This document shows, piece after piece, positions 14,609 through 29,559 of a DNA stretch of 64,000 nt. The notes below the pieces were generated by a model. The model was not told where the DNA came from. It made no database searches and saw only the letters and a program-made list of their open reading frames with translations. Both the position numbers and the translations under genes were made by a program. The stretch lies in assembly GCF_009914755.1 (NCBI RefSeq), contig NC_060932.1. One strand, 5' to 3'. Each line of letters opens with the position of its first letter. The first letter of the stretch is position 1. Source of the stretch: the human T2T-CHM13v2.0 reference genome, Homo sapiens.

Positions 14609-16143
14609 GTAAGTGTGACTTCAGCCAGGCGCATTCAGAATGGCTCTGCATGTTTCTTATCCCATCTGGTCTTGTTGCTTGTTCACTGTTGATGTTTTCC
14701 AGTGTTAAAGAAATGCATCCTTATTATAGAATATTAGAAACACAGTAGGGTAAGAGACATCACCCATAGCCCCATCAGACAAAACTCTTAACATTTTAAT
14801 GAATTCTTTCCAAGATTTTTCTATGCATAGGTTTTTTGGGGGGTGAGGTTGTTTATGCAAATATAACACAGACATACAAATATATATGACATAGGAAATT
14901 ATTGTAATAGTTTTTTCACTTAACATTTTAACAAGCATTTATCCATGTTGTAGCCTGGTCTCTGTTAACATGTTAACATATTTAAATGTCTTTTTAATTT
15001 AATATGTCATACCTTGCTTAAACCCTTGCAAGTTTTTCAGAATTTAAGATATACTGGTTTTTTAATATTATTTAAAAAACACTGCAGGTAAATGACTTTA
15101 TGTGTATAATTTTTTTTAGTATTTAGGTTTATCTGTTTATGATAAATTCCATGGAGTAGAATTATCAGGTAAAGGTAGAAACATTTTAAGAATCTCACTG
15201 TATTAATAAGTTGCTTTGCAGAGAGTTATAACAATTTATACTCATTTCAGCAGAGTTTTTCTTCCCAAATAATTCTCTCCTGTTTATTTTCTATATATGC
15301 TTATAGATGCATATGCACATATGTACATATATTTTACTGTTTGCTAGTTTGATCAATAAAAGTGCCATTTTAACTTGCATTTTGAAATTGTAATAATACA
15401 TTTTTCAAGTTTGTATTTACTAATTACATTTCTTTCATCTTTTTGGAATTGTGTGTTTTTATCCTCTGACTCATTATTCTATTGAGATAAGAATATTTTT
15501 AGTATTAGTTTATATGAATTTTTTAGGTAAGGAGATTATGGACTCATTGGTTTTTATATTTGTTTTAAATATTTTCCTTAACCTATTGTTGACCTTTTAC
15601 TTGTGCTTCCATTAAGTCGATCTTTTTTTTCCTTTTTTTTTTTTTTCTTCAAATGCCTCTAAGCTTAGAACTGCCTTTCTGTTCTTTGAATTTTAACTCT
15701 GGGTTGTTTTATTGTTGTTATTTTAACTCTCACAGTTTCTTGATCCATGTTAACTTTGTTGTGGGAAATGAGATTGGTCAGGCCTTTTGTTTTTCTTCAG
15801 ATTCTCCGATAGGGCAAGTGTGTTTTAAGATGATGACGATATTTATCAAGTTATTTCATCTATAAAAGTACTTTTAATTTGCTCTGTTTAGAAAAATGCA
15901 GTTTACCATGTCTTATTTGTGAAGTTAATAATTCTTTCCTCTCAAGAAGTTTACTTTTATTATTTTTTAAGCTGGTGAACTGCACCTGAGGACCTGTTTA
16001 TGAGATAACATTAATTCACAGATATCCCTCTTCGTAATTCCCCCACAATGGATATGTAATAGACTGTGAGTCTAGTATCCTCCCCTCAGTAACTAATAGC
16101 CAGGTGCTCAGACACCAGGCCAAAAAGGCACCTGAAACACACT

Positions 16144-16366
16144 TTTTATTATCATGATTATTATTATTATTATTATACTTTAAGTTCTAGGGTATGTGTG
16201 CACAACGTGCAGGTTTGTTACATAGGTATACATGTGCCACGTTGGTTGGCTGCACCCATGAACTTGTCATTTACATTAGGTATTTCTCCTAATGCTGTCC
16301 CTCCGCCTGCCCCCCACCCCACGACAGGCCCCGGGGTATGATGTTCCCCACCCTGTGTCCCAGTGT
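16144..16366 (-). mobile_element. 5'-truncated L1PA 3' end (about 220 bp)
   Basis: ttattatactttaagttctagggta...gtgcacaacgtgcaggtttgttac. TSD tgaaacacact at 16133 and 16366. Confidence 0.92.
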
Positions 16367-17111
16367 GAAACACACTGTTCTTTAGCACAGCTCCTAGGGA
16401 GACCAGTAGGATAGCCAGAACTCATAAAGTTTAAGTGCTCCTGAAAAATATAGTATGTTTCATACTGTAGGAAGCCATAGCAAATAGCTGAGTCTCAGTA
16501 CATATTTTCCTTGGTGTCTTCAACATAAGGAATAGTTCAGTAATAACATTGCAAGGACAACCTTTCTTGTAAACAGATTTATTTGCTTGTTTGTAGTCTT
16601 TGCAGGGAAACTCACAGGGAATATGAGTGGATCATATTTCTTTTCTAACTGCATCCTAGTAAAGAGTAACAGAAGGGAGCTAAAATGAAAAATCTGAGTT
16701 CTTTCTAGAGAAGAATTCTCTACAAATTAAATTGTTTTAAAATAAATAAGTTTTAGAAATTGATAAGAGGCAAACAGCTCAGTAGGAAAATGGGCAAAAA
16801 ACTTGAACAAGCATTTCACAAAAGAGAATATTCAAATAGCCAATAAACCTATCAAAAAGTTCTCAAAGTAATTAATCTTCAAAAAAGCGAAATTTAAAAC
16901 TACATTTGGTCTCAGTTTTCTACAGCACCTTGGTCTTGTATTGTGGATATAATTTATCTTTTCTTATCTCTCTGAAGAAATTTATTACAGATTTTTTTTA
17001 TACATTTTATTTTTCTGTATGCATTGCCTCTGTTTCCTCCAAGTGCCTTTTGTTTTCTTTTTGTTTTGGTTGGCCCCTTAATGTACTTGGCTTTCCCCAA
17101 GTTTATGATGA

Positions 17112-17431
<320 letters not shown>

Positions 17432-17983
17432 TAAAGCGATTCCTTATGCTTTTAAGAGTAGGGGTTTGAAAAGCCGGATGGCAAGGCCTGTGTGCCTAGC
17501 TTGCAGGCGTGCTTCACTGAAGAATGTTCTTTTAGCAATAAGCGCTTCTTTCTTTATGGGATTCCTAAATGTCAGTATCGTGAACTCTTACGTAGAGCCA
17601 TTTGATTCATCCAGAGATGAACTCTCCAACTTCCTGCTTTGGGCTGAGTGGCCTGAGTATATCTCAGGAAGTTGGTTGCTGACATCCAGAGAGTAGGGCG
17701 GAGAGTCCACCAGTCTATGTGCTGGCTTTTCCCTGTTTTCAGCCTTGGTCTTCATCTAGACCTTCCTTTGTACCTGGAATCTCAGAGCGCAGAGGCTTTC
17801 CAGTTTCTCCAGGGACTAAATGTTCTCATCTGCCTGTTCGGGAAAGGCTAAGGGTTAACGGATAATTCCCTCTATGTACACACTTGATCCAGTACCCCTG
17901 TTTTTATTTCCATGTCTCTCCTCCATCCTGCCCAGTTCTTGGTACCTCTGATCCGTGAGCCTTTCTGGAACTCTGCAGTGTGA

Positions 17984-18475
<492 letters not shown>

Positions 18476-19277
18476 TAGTGTGGTTTTGGAGGGAAAGAAA
18501 ATAAACACTTTTTTAAATTCTCTAGTGTAACTGAAAATTGAGAACCAATCAATTTTCATTCTTTCCAAAGGAATGTATCAGCCTGTATGTCTCCGAAACT
18601 TATTATACAAGCACCAGAAATACTTTTCTAAATCCCATGTTCAAATGTAGATTCAGACTGGGTGAACAATGGCTTCCATACGTGCTCTTTGTGGGATGGC
18701 TGCAGAATATTTATTAAAGACCTGATGATTCTTTAAAATATAAATGTTACAGGAAAATCACACAATTACAGAAGAAGATCTCTGAAACTAAATAGTACAT
18801 AAAGAATACAGCATTTAAGAACGTGACAGATGTCAATGAGAGATGGAAAAGTCTATTGTTATATTTCTTTGTAAAGCAAGTTAAACAATGAAGAGCTTTG
18901 GAAGACTAATGTGGCAAAGATAAAAAGTATTTTTCCAGTTTACAAGATAGAGCCCTGCCAGCTGAGTAGATACTCCCACCAAGGTGGGAGTGAGAGGGGA
19001 CTGTGAGTCCACTTTCATTTCTCCAAAATATATTATGCAAAACAAGATTAGAGCAAATTATCAGTGCAAAGTCATGGAAAGGAGAATGCCTGGTGTCTCA
19101 TTGCTACATCCCAAAATAAAGAAAGAAAGCAGCCAGCTGGGGTGATGTAGTATAAGAAATGACTTGCCAAAAGTAGTTGAGTTAGATCTATTGCTCAGTG
19201 TCCAGATAACAAATGGACAAGGTGTAGCCCAGGATAGGAATGGTGCCAGTTGGTTTAGGGACAGAGTAGTCATATCC

Positions 19278-19360
19278 AGGGATCAGCAAACTTTTCCTCT
19301 AAAGGGCCCTATAGTAAACATTTTAAATTTTGTAAGCTAGATGATCTCTGTCACAACTTT
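19278..19360 (+). mobile_element. MER58-like hAT-Charlie fragment
   Basis: cagggatcagcaaacttttcctctaaagggcc...agtaaacatttta. Confidence 0.6.
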
Positions 19361-19901
19361 TGAAATGTAAGCAATTAAGTATATTCCATTATTAAAGAAA
19401 GGTATACTCTAGAGGTGAAGGCAGACATTGAATAGATTGTCATGTGATGATAAGAAAGAGGTAATACTGGGTTCAGTGGGATTTTTTTTAAGTGGGACAG
19501 CTAGTATTTGAAAGTCAGAGGGGCCTCTCTGAAGAAGTGGCATTCAAACTGAAACCTGAAGATTAGCTAGATAAAGAAAAATTGATGAACTTTCCAGGCA
19601 AAGGAAATTGCCTTTGCAGGAGTGGAAAGGCCAGATGGTGAGGGGTGGCATGAGATGAGATTGTGCAGGAGACAAGCTGGAATGGTGAGGGCCTAGTGCA
19701 GTCCAGCACACACTTGCTTTGCCCCAGTGAGACTACAGAAACAAGGAGTTTCTGTTCTGTCTGTACGCCCTACCTGGTCAGAAGCAAAGGCTGCCCCAGG
19801 GCCTACTGGGTGTGCCAGAGAAGCTGTCAGGGGTTGAGATTTCACCCTCGGTGATCTCTGCATAACTAATGGAGAAGTCATTTTCTGTTCTCTATTCACA
19901 G

Positions 19902-20095
19902 GAGTTTTTTGAGAACCCTGCTTTTCGTCCCGATGGGCTGAAACTCTATCCTACCCTGGTGATTCGTGGGACCGGGCTTTATGAGCTTTGGAAATCAGGA
20001 AGATATAAGAGTTACTCTCCTAGTGACCTGGTTGAATTGGTGGCTCGGATCCTAGCCCTCGTGCCTCCATGGACTCGAGTGTACCGAGTACAGAG
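19902..20095 (+). CDS. ELP3: ELP3 coding exon (probably exon 10), 194 nt, phase 0/2
   Basis: attcacag|GAG and AG|gtagtg. Encodes [35 protein letters not shown]...[10 protein letters not shown](R). Confidence 0.97.
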
Positions 20096-21661
20096 GTAGT
20101 GTGTTATCTTTTATTCCTAAAATAGTTGGTGACTAGTCTGTTTACTATTTCTCATGGAAATAGTCTGATTTCATATTGAGGGTTTTGGATTTTTCTTAAT
20201 GGAAATAAGATAACTGGAATGCTATCTGTAAATAGGGAGGGATGGAAATCATAGCATGTCTAAGCCACTTTGCCAATAACGTATTTATTTATCTACCCAT
20301 TCATTCATGAGCCTGGAGACAGAGCCATGACGGTCAATAGGCATGGTGCTTGCTTCCGAGCAGCTTATGGTCTAGTTCAGTGTTTCCTCTTCCAGGTCTG
20401 CTTCCATCTAGATGCAGTAATGGGTATGAGCATAAGAAGTGTGGCCGTGTGTGCAATCTCTGTTCTAGAGCCTCTGAAAGAAAAAGTAGCAACAATCACT
20501 CTTTACAGATATTAATGTAAATGTGGAGGAAAGGTGACATATTTCTGATGGCTTGAAGAAAACAAAATAATCTGAACTGCTTTCTTCCTAGAAAAGAGAA
20601 AGTAAGATCTCATTTACAATCAGGAACCTTATCTACCTATTTATACTTACATACATACATACATATATACTGGAAACATAACATCACAGAAAAATTTTAG
20701 AAGCCATAAAGTTACCCGTATACCTACAATCCTAACAAAGCCAATTCCCACACACACATTCCCACCACCCTGCCAAAAACTACCCAGGTTCCAATATTAC
20801 AAATGCAAGGCCAGAAGGAGACTGCAAATGCATTACAATCAGCTGCTAGAGCAGGACTCCACTGAGCACAGAAACTGTGTGACTGATCATGTAAAGCAAT
20901 GAACACTGAAAACAAGCCGAATTAACTACTTAAGGAGAATTATGAAGGATATAAAGTAACTGACTTGCTTGAAGGTCAAAGGACATTTACATGATACTTC
21001 TGCTGCATACTGATTTCTCAGTTTTAAAATCATTGGCCAAACTGCAGGATCTGAATTGCCTATATGGTCTCTATTTTTAAAAATACACCTAAGAATACTA
21101 AGGAGATTTTAATAGAAAAATCAACTGTTGAAATTGCTTGTGTGGCCCTTCCCCTTGTTGTTCAACCCTTCTGAAGCAATTCAGTCCAAAGGACATTAGG
21201 TGGTGCGGAGCAGTGTAGGTATCCACATGCAGGAGGCAGGGAGCCACAGGGTCCAGAGCAGGGTGAGAAGGTCACTCATTCACATGCAGGAGGCAGAGGC
21301 GTGGTGCAGGCTGATGAAGTCAGAATGTGGCGAAAAGGGCATTCATTCCCACCAAGGGCAGATCTGGTACAGGATGTCAGAGCTGTACGTCCTCTAGGGG
21401 TGGGTTGGGGGTATATGCAGAAGAGGAGACAGCAAGAAAAGACCAGTTACTTACAGGGAGTTGATCTAATCAGCAGATATATTAAGGATACTGGGTGCTA
21501 GGTTTTTTTTTGTTATCTTAGAAGTCAATTACAAAAGTTGAAAAAGGAGAAAATTAGTGTGAGCACTGTGGTGTTTTGGAACAGGAGATAGTGGTGTGAA
21601 CTCATGGTTTCCAACATATAGGTACATGTAGAAATAAGTGTAAATGTAATGAATAACAACA

Positions 21662-22310
<649 letters not shown>

Positions 22311-22315
22311 TACAT

Positions 22316-22320
<5 letters not shown>

Positions 22321-22362
<42 letters not shown>
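22321..22362. repeat. (GT)21 microsatellite
   Basis: Pure GT run read directly. Confidence 0.97.
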
Positions 22363-22365
<3 letters not shown>

Positions 22366-22660
22366 ATAGCAATCAGTGTACTTAGTTTCCAGTGAGCACA
22401 GCTGGTTTCTAGATCTTGGTCTCTAAATGCTCTCCATTACTAAAAGGAACCTCTTGTGCCAGAAAGTAAGGAAGTATTCAAAGAAGAAAAGGGAATCTGG
22501 CTTAAAGGGCTCCCATTGGCCAAATCTGGGACAATTTGAGCATCAAAATAAATATTGATATTAACAGATTATAACCAGCTGAATAAAATAGGAATCCACT
22601 AGTTTATACCAATATTCCTAATTAATAAATTGTAAGTGTGATTCAGAAACATAATATTTG

Positions 22661-23319
22661 CAGTCAGTCTTCATCATTCTCAGATTCCTTATTTGCAAAT
22701 TTTCCTACTCACTAAAATTCGTTTGTGACTCAAATCCAATACTGGCATTTTCACAGTCATTCTTGGGCATGCTTAGCAGTGAAAAATTTGAGTTGCCCAG
22801 CATTGTCACCAGCTGAGGTCAAACAGGTGGTGCTCTGCCTTCTCATTTCAGCGCTCACACTGGGAGCCAATGTCCTTCTTGCAGTCTGTTTCATGCCATG
22901 TTTTTCAAAGTTTTGTGCAGTTTTTTGAGGATTCGCCATTTAGTATGGCCCCCAAGCATAGTACTGAAGTGCTGGCTATTGCTCCTGAGTGCAGGAAGGC
23001 TGTGACGTGCCTTCTGGAGAGAATACATGTTATGTAAGCTTTGTTCAGGCATGAGTGATGTGCCATTGGCCATGAGTTCAGTGTTCATGAATCAACAATA
23101 TATATCAGATAAGGTGTGTTTAAACAGAAACACACATAAAACAAGGTTATGTATTAAACAGTCGACAAAAATATTGTGACCAGGGCCTCACGGGAACCTA
23201 ACCTTGTATTTTCCCTAAGAGCAATTACTCAGTATACAGTGTAAGTGTGTTGGTGACACTCGGTGTAGAATGTTAACTACTTATTGCCTGCTAACAGAAC
23301 TAGAACCAACTACCGACTG
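22661..23319 (+). mobile_element. MER82 (Tigger family), near full length
   Basis: cagtc...gactg ends; cagctgaggtcaaacagg and aaacagaaacacacataaaacaaggttatgtatt. Confidence 0.85.
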
Positions 23320-24659
23320 TACATAGTTGCAGAGTATCTCCCCCACCATACTTAGCAATTGCAGAGTGAAAGAGAATAACCTAATAGTGGGAAAACCTGG
23401 CAGCTGATCAAAGTGAACATTATCAGTAATAGGACAAATCACAATTCTAGGCTGCCTGATAGAGGGTATGAGAACGTAGCATCACTTCTCTGTTACTCAG
23501 CCAGAACTTCACGATCTGAATCCAATAGTCAGGAGACGTTAGACAAAACAAAATTGAGAAACATTCTAAAACATAACTGGCCCGTAATCTTCAAAAGTAT
23601 CAGGATGAAGAAAAGAGTTCTAACTTGAAGGAGACTACACAGACATGACAATTAAATACAATGTTCTGAACTGGGTCCTTTGGCTGTAAAGGACTTTAAT
23701 GGGACACTGGTGAAACTCAAATGGGGTCTAGGATTAGACACTAGTGAAGCATCCATGTTAACTTCCTCATTTTGATGGTTCTTTTGTGGTTATGTAAGAG
23801 AATATCCTCGTAGGAAATATTTAAAGTATTCTCAGGGCGTTGGGACATCTTATTTGCAAATTAACTTTCAAATAGTTCAGGAAAATAATTATTTGTACTG
23901 CACTTGGGACTTTTTATGTAACTTTGTGATTGTTTCAAAATCTAAACTAATACACTAGACAACAAAGCTGCAGTAAATAGCATTCACAGAGACAAAAGAA
24001 AAAGACGATTTGCATGTATAACTGACTCAAGCAACCAGAAAGCAGTAAAGATGCAGCTTCTCAGCCGCAGAGCATGGCAACAGATAGCACAAAATAGTTA
24101 GCAATTTCACATCCAGAAATACCGAAAGTAACAAGGCATGGATCCCACAGGCAATCAGATGAAGAATTTGCATTTTCTCCCTTCGTTTTCGGCTTAAATT
24201 TCTTTCTGCTGTAACCAGTGAGTCAAAAGCAGCAGAGACATTGCTATACTATTAAATGCTTAATTTTATAGACTTTTAAATACCACTATGCGACATTATC
24301 CTGGCCTACCAACAACTGAGAAAATAAGGACTTGAAGAAAACAAGGGCAGCAGAAATAGTCTCTATAGGAAAAATGTAAAGGAGTGATGACAGGAAGAGT
24401 GGAGAACACTTATATGATACAACCGAAAGGTCATATGATAAGAAAGGCATGACATTATTAATAAGCAACATATGAGGCCTGTTAAGGAAACCTGGCTGTT
24501 CTCAGTTCTTCTGATATGACCCCGTTACACTTATCCTATGGAGAATTGGCCCATAGGAGAGTCCACAAGCTCTAATTTCAGGAGGCCCAACTGTCACATA
24601 TGTTTCTCTATCAATACATCACTTATGGAGCTTGTGAGTGAGGAGTGGTACAGGTGGAT

Positions 24660-25730
24660 GTAGGCTTAAGATTTCGAAGTGACACTCTTACTTCACACAT
24701 AGGTGGGTGGATTAAAATGTAATGGAATACTGTAAAACAAGAGGCAGTGGTGCAATCTCTTTCAAAATGTGGAATTAGTAATGTCCTCGATGAGTCTGAG
24801 GACAGTTTATTTTTTGAAGATAGTGATGACTCAGTTCCTAACACAGTAAGGCCATTGGTGAAGAGAGTCATCCAGAGTCTAGCTGTGATGTCAGGTTTTT
24901 ATGCTTTAGGATTGATAATGTAGTTAACTGTGAATATGATCATTTGCTAGATTTTTTAGTACAAAGACTAATATGTTCATAGTATTTTCCATTTTGTTTT
25001 CTTATTTTTTATGTAGTTTTGGTGCTTTTAACTATGATATTTGTTGTCACACACGTTTCTGTTAGAATTCATTTTTTTTTTAACGTACCTTACTGTGGAC
25101 TGAGGTTCAGTAAAGCATTTACTTTTTTGTAAGCATGAGGAGAATTCCTTGAGATGCATTATGTTACTTTATGTTTTGCATTGAGTGTTACTAAACTATT
25201 ACTCTGACTGCCTGCGTAAGAACTCATTCATATTTATTATATTTTGCTACTTCCTTTTTACTCATTTCTTTGTATATACCACATTGAAAAATGATTCAGA
25301 TTTATTTTATATTGGAACTTGCTTTTTATTCTTAACAGCCACTGAAATCACTGAAATTTTAGACTAGGCATATGCAGTGCTGAGGTAGCTTATGAGATTT
25401 CACGTTCTAGTCAATGTATTACATCTTGTGTTTCTGCTGTGTAGCACCACTCCCATGATCTCATACACTTCTTTTTTGATCATGTGATTTTATACTCCCC
25501 CCCAACAGTCTGTAGAATATTACTAATTATCCAGAACTTATGTTTCTTCCTGATTTCTAGCCATAAAATATTCTATTTACATGAGCAAAATAATGTTTTC
25601 TCTGTAAAACTACTAAACCACTTTCAATATATGTATTAATAACAAGTTAACATTATTTTTCCAAAAATTTCCTTACAAAGTTGGAGTGCATCTTTACGTA
25701 TCAGTATATTTTATACACTAGCAAATTTGC
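24660..25730 (+). mobile_element. Pogo/Tc2-like (Kanga-type) DNA transposon fossil
   Basis: 24708-24833 translates WIKM*WNTVKQEAVVQSLSKCGISNVLDESEDSLFFEDSDDS, like a pogo transposase C-terminus. A TIR-like stretch lies near 25660-25730. Confidence 0.6.
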
Positions 25731-26534
25731 TGTTAGCACTTTCATGTTCCATTTCCTAAGGATTTAGAATAATCTTCATGGTTATAAACTTAATGGCAGC
25801 ATAGTACTCTGCAATTTTAATTTGTCTTTTTTAGTAAACTGTTCGCCTTGTTAGAAATTTAGGTCGCTTCCAGGTTTCTTTGCTTTCTTCTTCCTTTTTT
25901 AAATGTAATTATCCTGGCCTCCACTACAGCTAAACTTCATAGAACTTTCTACTGCTGTTGAAGTAATCTCTTAGAGTAGTATAATCTGGGAGAAGGATTA
26001 CGCATGGTAAAGGGTCTAAGCATCTTTTCATTATTATTATACTTCTTAAATCCTTTCTGGAACAAGGGGAAAATAAATAAATGTTACAGTTTTTGCTATG
26101 AATATTGATATGGCTTTCCAAAGGGATTATACCAGTTTAAAGTAAACATTTACTGGTTTTATCACAACCTCTATAGAATTGGGTGCTTTATAGTATTTTT
26201 ATTTTATTTAATTAAGGGTATTAATTTGCATTTCCCTAGTTTCCCTTGTAACTGATTATTATTTGTGTTTCTTCTTACATCAGTTGTATGTTTATATTTA
26301 ATTTGCCAGTCATGAAATTTGGATTATAAATATTGTCTTTTTATTGAGAAAGCTCAGAAAAAGTTCATAAATGTTGCCTCATTTTGAATTCTTTCCTCTC
26401 ACCCAAACGAATAGGAGACTAGGGAACCAAGAGGCCACATTCATGTTCGTATAGGACACTTAGCACATAATAACAATCTGATAGCTGTTTTCTAGTAAAA
26501 CAGCTTCATATCTCTATTTAAAAACCTTAAATTC

Positions 26535-26870
<336 letters not shown>

Positions 26871-26938
26871 TTATATTCAGATAGAACTAGAATTTGGTAA
26901 CTAGAATTTTGGAATTCAGACATTATCTAAAATGTCTA

Positions 26939-27267
<329 letters not shown>

Positions 27268-27787
27268 GAAACCTGTATCAAAAGCTAGATAGTAAAATTT
27301 TGAAATAAAAGTGCTCAGAAAAATGTTAATTGCTAACTTAAACATTATAGTCAAATGTGTATGAGAAGGCTGAGTGTTTATACAGCATCAAGTGGCTGAG
27401 AAGCTTTCTGATTTGGGAAGAGAGACTCATGGGGATTTTACTCAGCAATGTTTTTTTCTAGCTTCAGCCTTAAAGTTTTAGAGCAATTCTGAGACTGTAG
27501 AAAATTGCTGTTAGTCTTAAGACTACAGTTAAGCACCCTGACTCTGTTTAATTTGATATTAGTTATGTCTTGCTAGGAAGAAACCACTGGCAAAGGAGAA
27601 AAGTCTCCTTCCAGGATATTTAGTCCAGATGATTTTTAATAATTATAGTTTATTTATTTTTGTTTGAAATCATTGTAAAGGAAAATCATTTGTGTCTTTC
27701 TGTTCAGTGCCTTTAGAAAATCTGCATAGCCTCCATGGAGGTTCACCTAGTGGCAGCTTCCACCAATTATAGGCAACACACTGTTGA

Positions 27788-28130
<343 letters not shown>

Positions 28131-29170
28131 AAGAAGAAACTTAGGCAGGTATCAGAAGGGAGAATGGAGGAAAGGAAGATAATTTGAGTGAGAACACAAT
28201 GTTTCACACTTTTAAAATTTTACTGTATTTTACTGATAGATTACTTGATGTTTTTAATTGGTTATTTTCCCCACCCTGCCCTACCCATTACCTTTTTTTT
28301 AAAAAGACTATTTATACTTTTTAGTTTTATGACAGTTGAGTTAGGAACATCTTCCAGGGTGTTTTTATGAAGCAGCATCCTAATAGAAGATTCTGTGTTC
28401 CAGCCCTGAAGGGTGCAGTCAATGATTAAATGTAAAATTCTGTCCAGACACATGATGGAGCCATATTAAACTGTTGCTGCCCTCAGGCTATTTGACAGCT
28501 GTCTGCTGATGTGATATTTAAATCATCATGAAACATTAGAATAGGAATACCAATTCACAACCCAAGCATGTTTCTGAAGTATGAGCAACTGCAGACAAAA
28601 AAAGGCCTAGACATCACTTGAAAGGTTTCTGATGAGCAAATTGCAAATATCAGCACCTCTAAGCTTGAAATGTTACCTGTTGAAATAGAACAGTGAATGT
28701 TCTTGTATGTAATCGATCTTCAGGCCAAGAAAGTGGAACTAGATTGAATCAAATGGAGAAACGTAAAAATAATTTTAACTCCTACCTAGATGAATGCAGC
28801 AAGCTCAGATAGTCAGTAATCTCATCTAGGTTTTCAACTCCTAGAAGACTGTAACAATGCCTGCTTATATAGTCCAGATTGCTTACTGCAGTACTCTGTC
28901 CATTGAACATGTTCAGCATACATAGAATTATCTCTTTTCATTTTCAGTGAAAAAGACTTTGTCACTGAAACTGGCAATTACCACATTTCTGTTCCTTAAT
29001 GAGGAAAAACTTCCATCTGGTATACTCGCAGCACGATACTACCAAAGACCATTGAATCCATGTTGCATTCTCATAGTGGCAGACGTAAATTTGAGGACAT
29101 TTGTGAATTGTCAGCATCAATGTGAATGCCTCTGTTACCAGGTCCTCACTGACTTGTGCTCTCTGGTAAT

Positions 29171-29331
29171 CAGGGCCAGCTTCAAGGATATGTGACCCAT
29201 GCAGTCTCATAGGGTCTTGCACTTGGCTTAATATTCTGCTGTCACCGTCTTGAAATTATTAATAATTTTTTTCACAAGGACTCATGTTCTCATTTTGCAC
29301 CGGGCCCCACAGATTCTGTAGCAGCCTCCTG
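29171..29331 (+). mobile_element. MER91A-like hAT-Tip100 MITE
   Basis: cagggccagcttca...ctgctgtcaccgtcttgaaatt...cattttgcaccgggccccaca...cctg. Confidence 0.8.
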
Positions 29332-29559
29332 GGTCTTTTTATCATACAGTTCTGCTTACCAACACTGTATGTAAAACCTTCCCTAGAGAGTTTACGTCTA
29401 TTGAAATTTTAATGTCTTTTGAAAGTACCAGTTTGTTATTAAAAATATTTGTAGAGATCATCTCCCCTTACCTTCCCATCCCCTCTTCCCACTGCCTGTG
29501 GAGACAGTGCACCTGAAGCGTGGCCAGCAGCGTGCCTGGCACCTGACTGATGCAGAGGT

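Noticed and set aside
14963-14978. 16-bp palindrome tgttaacatgttaaca
   Set aside because: Tandem duplication of an 8-bp palindrome in AT-rich old repeat DNA, with no other support.
21220-21300. Direct repeat cacatgcaggaggcag, twice
   Set aside because: Explained by the internal GC-rich repeats of the L1MC3-like 3' UTR.
28930-29195. Strong acceptor tctcttttcattttcag followed by an 82-aa ORF
   Set aside because: No convincing donor, no protein similarity, and it runs into MER91. Pseudo-acceptors are common in long introns.
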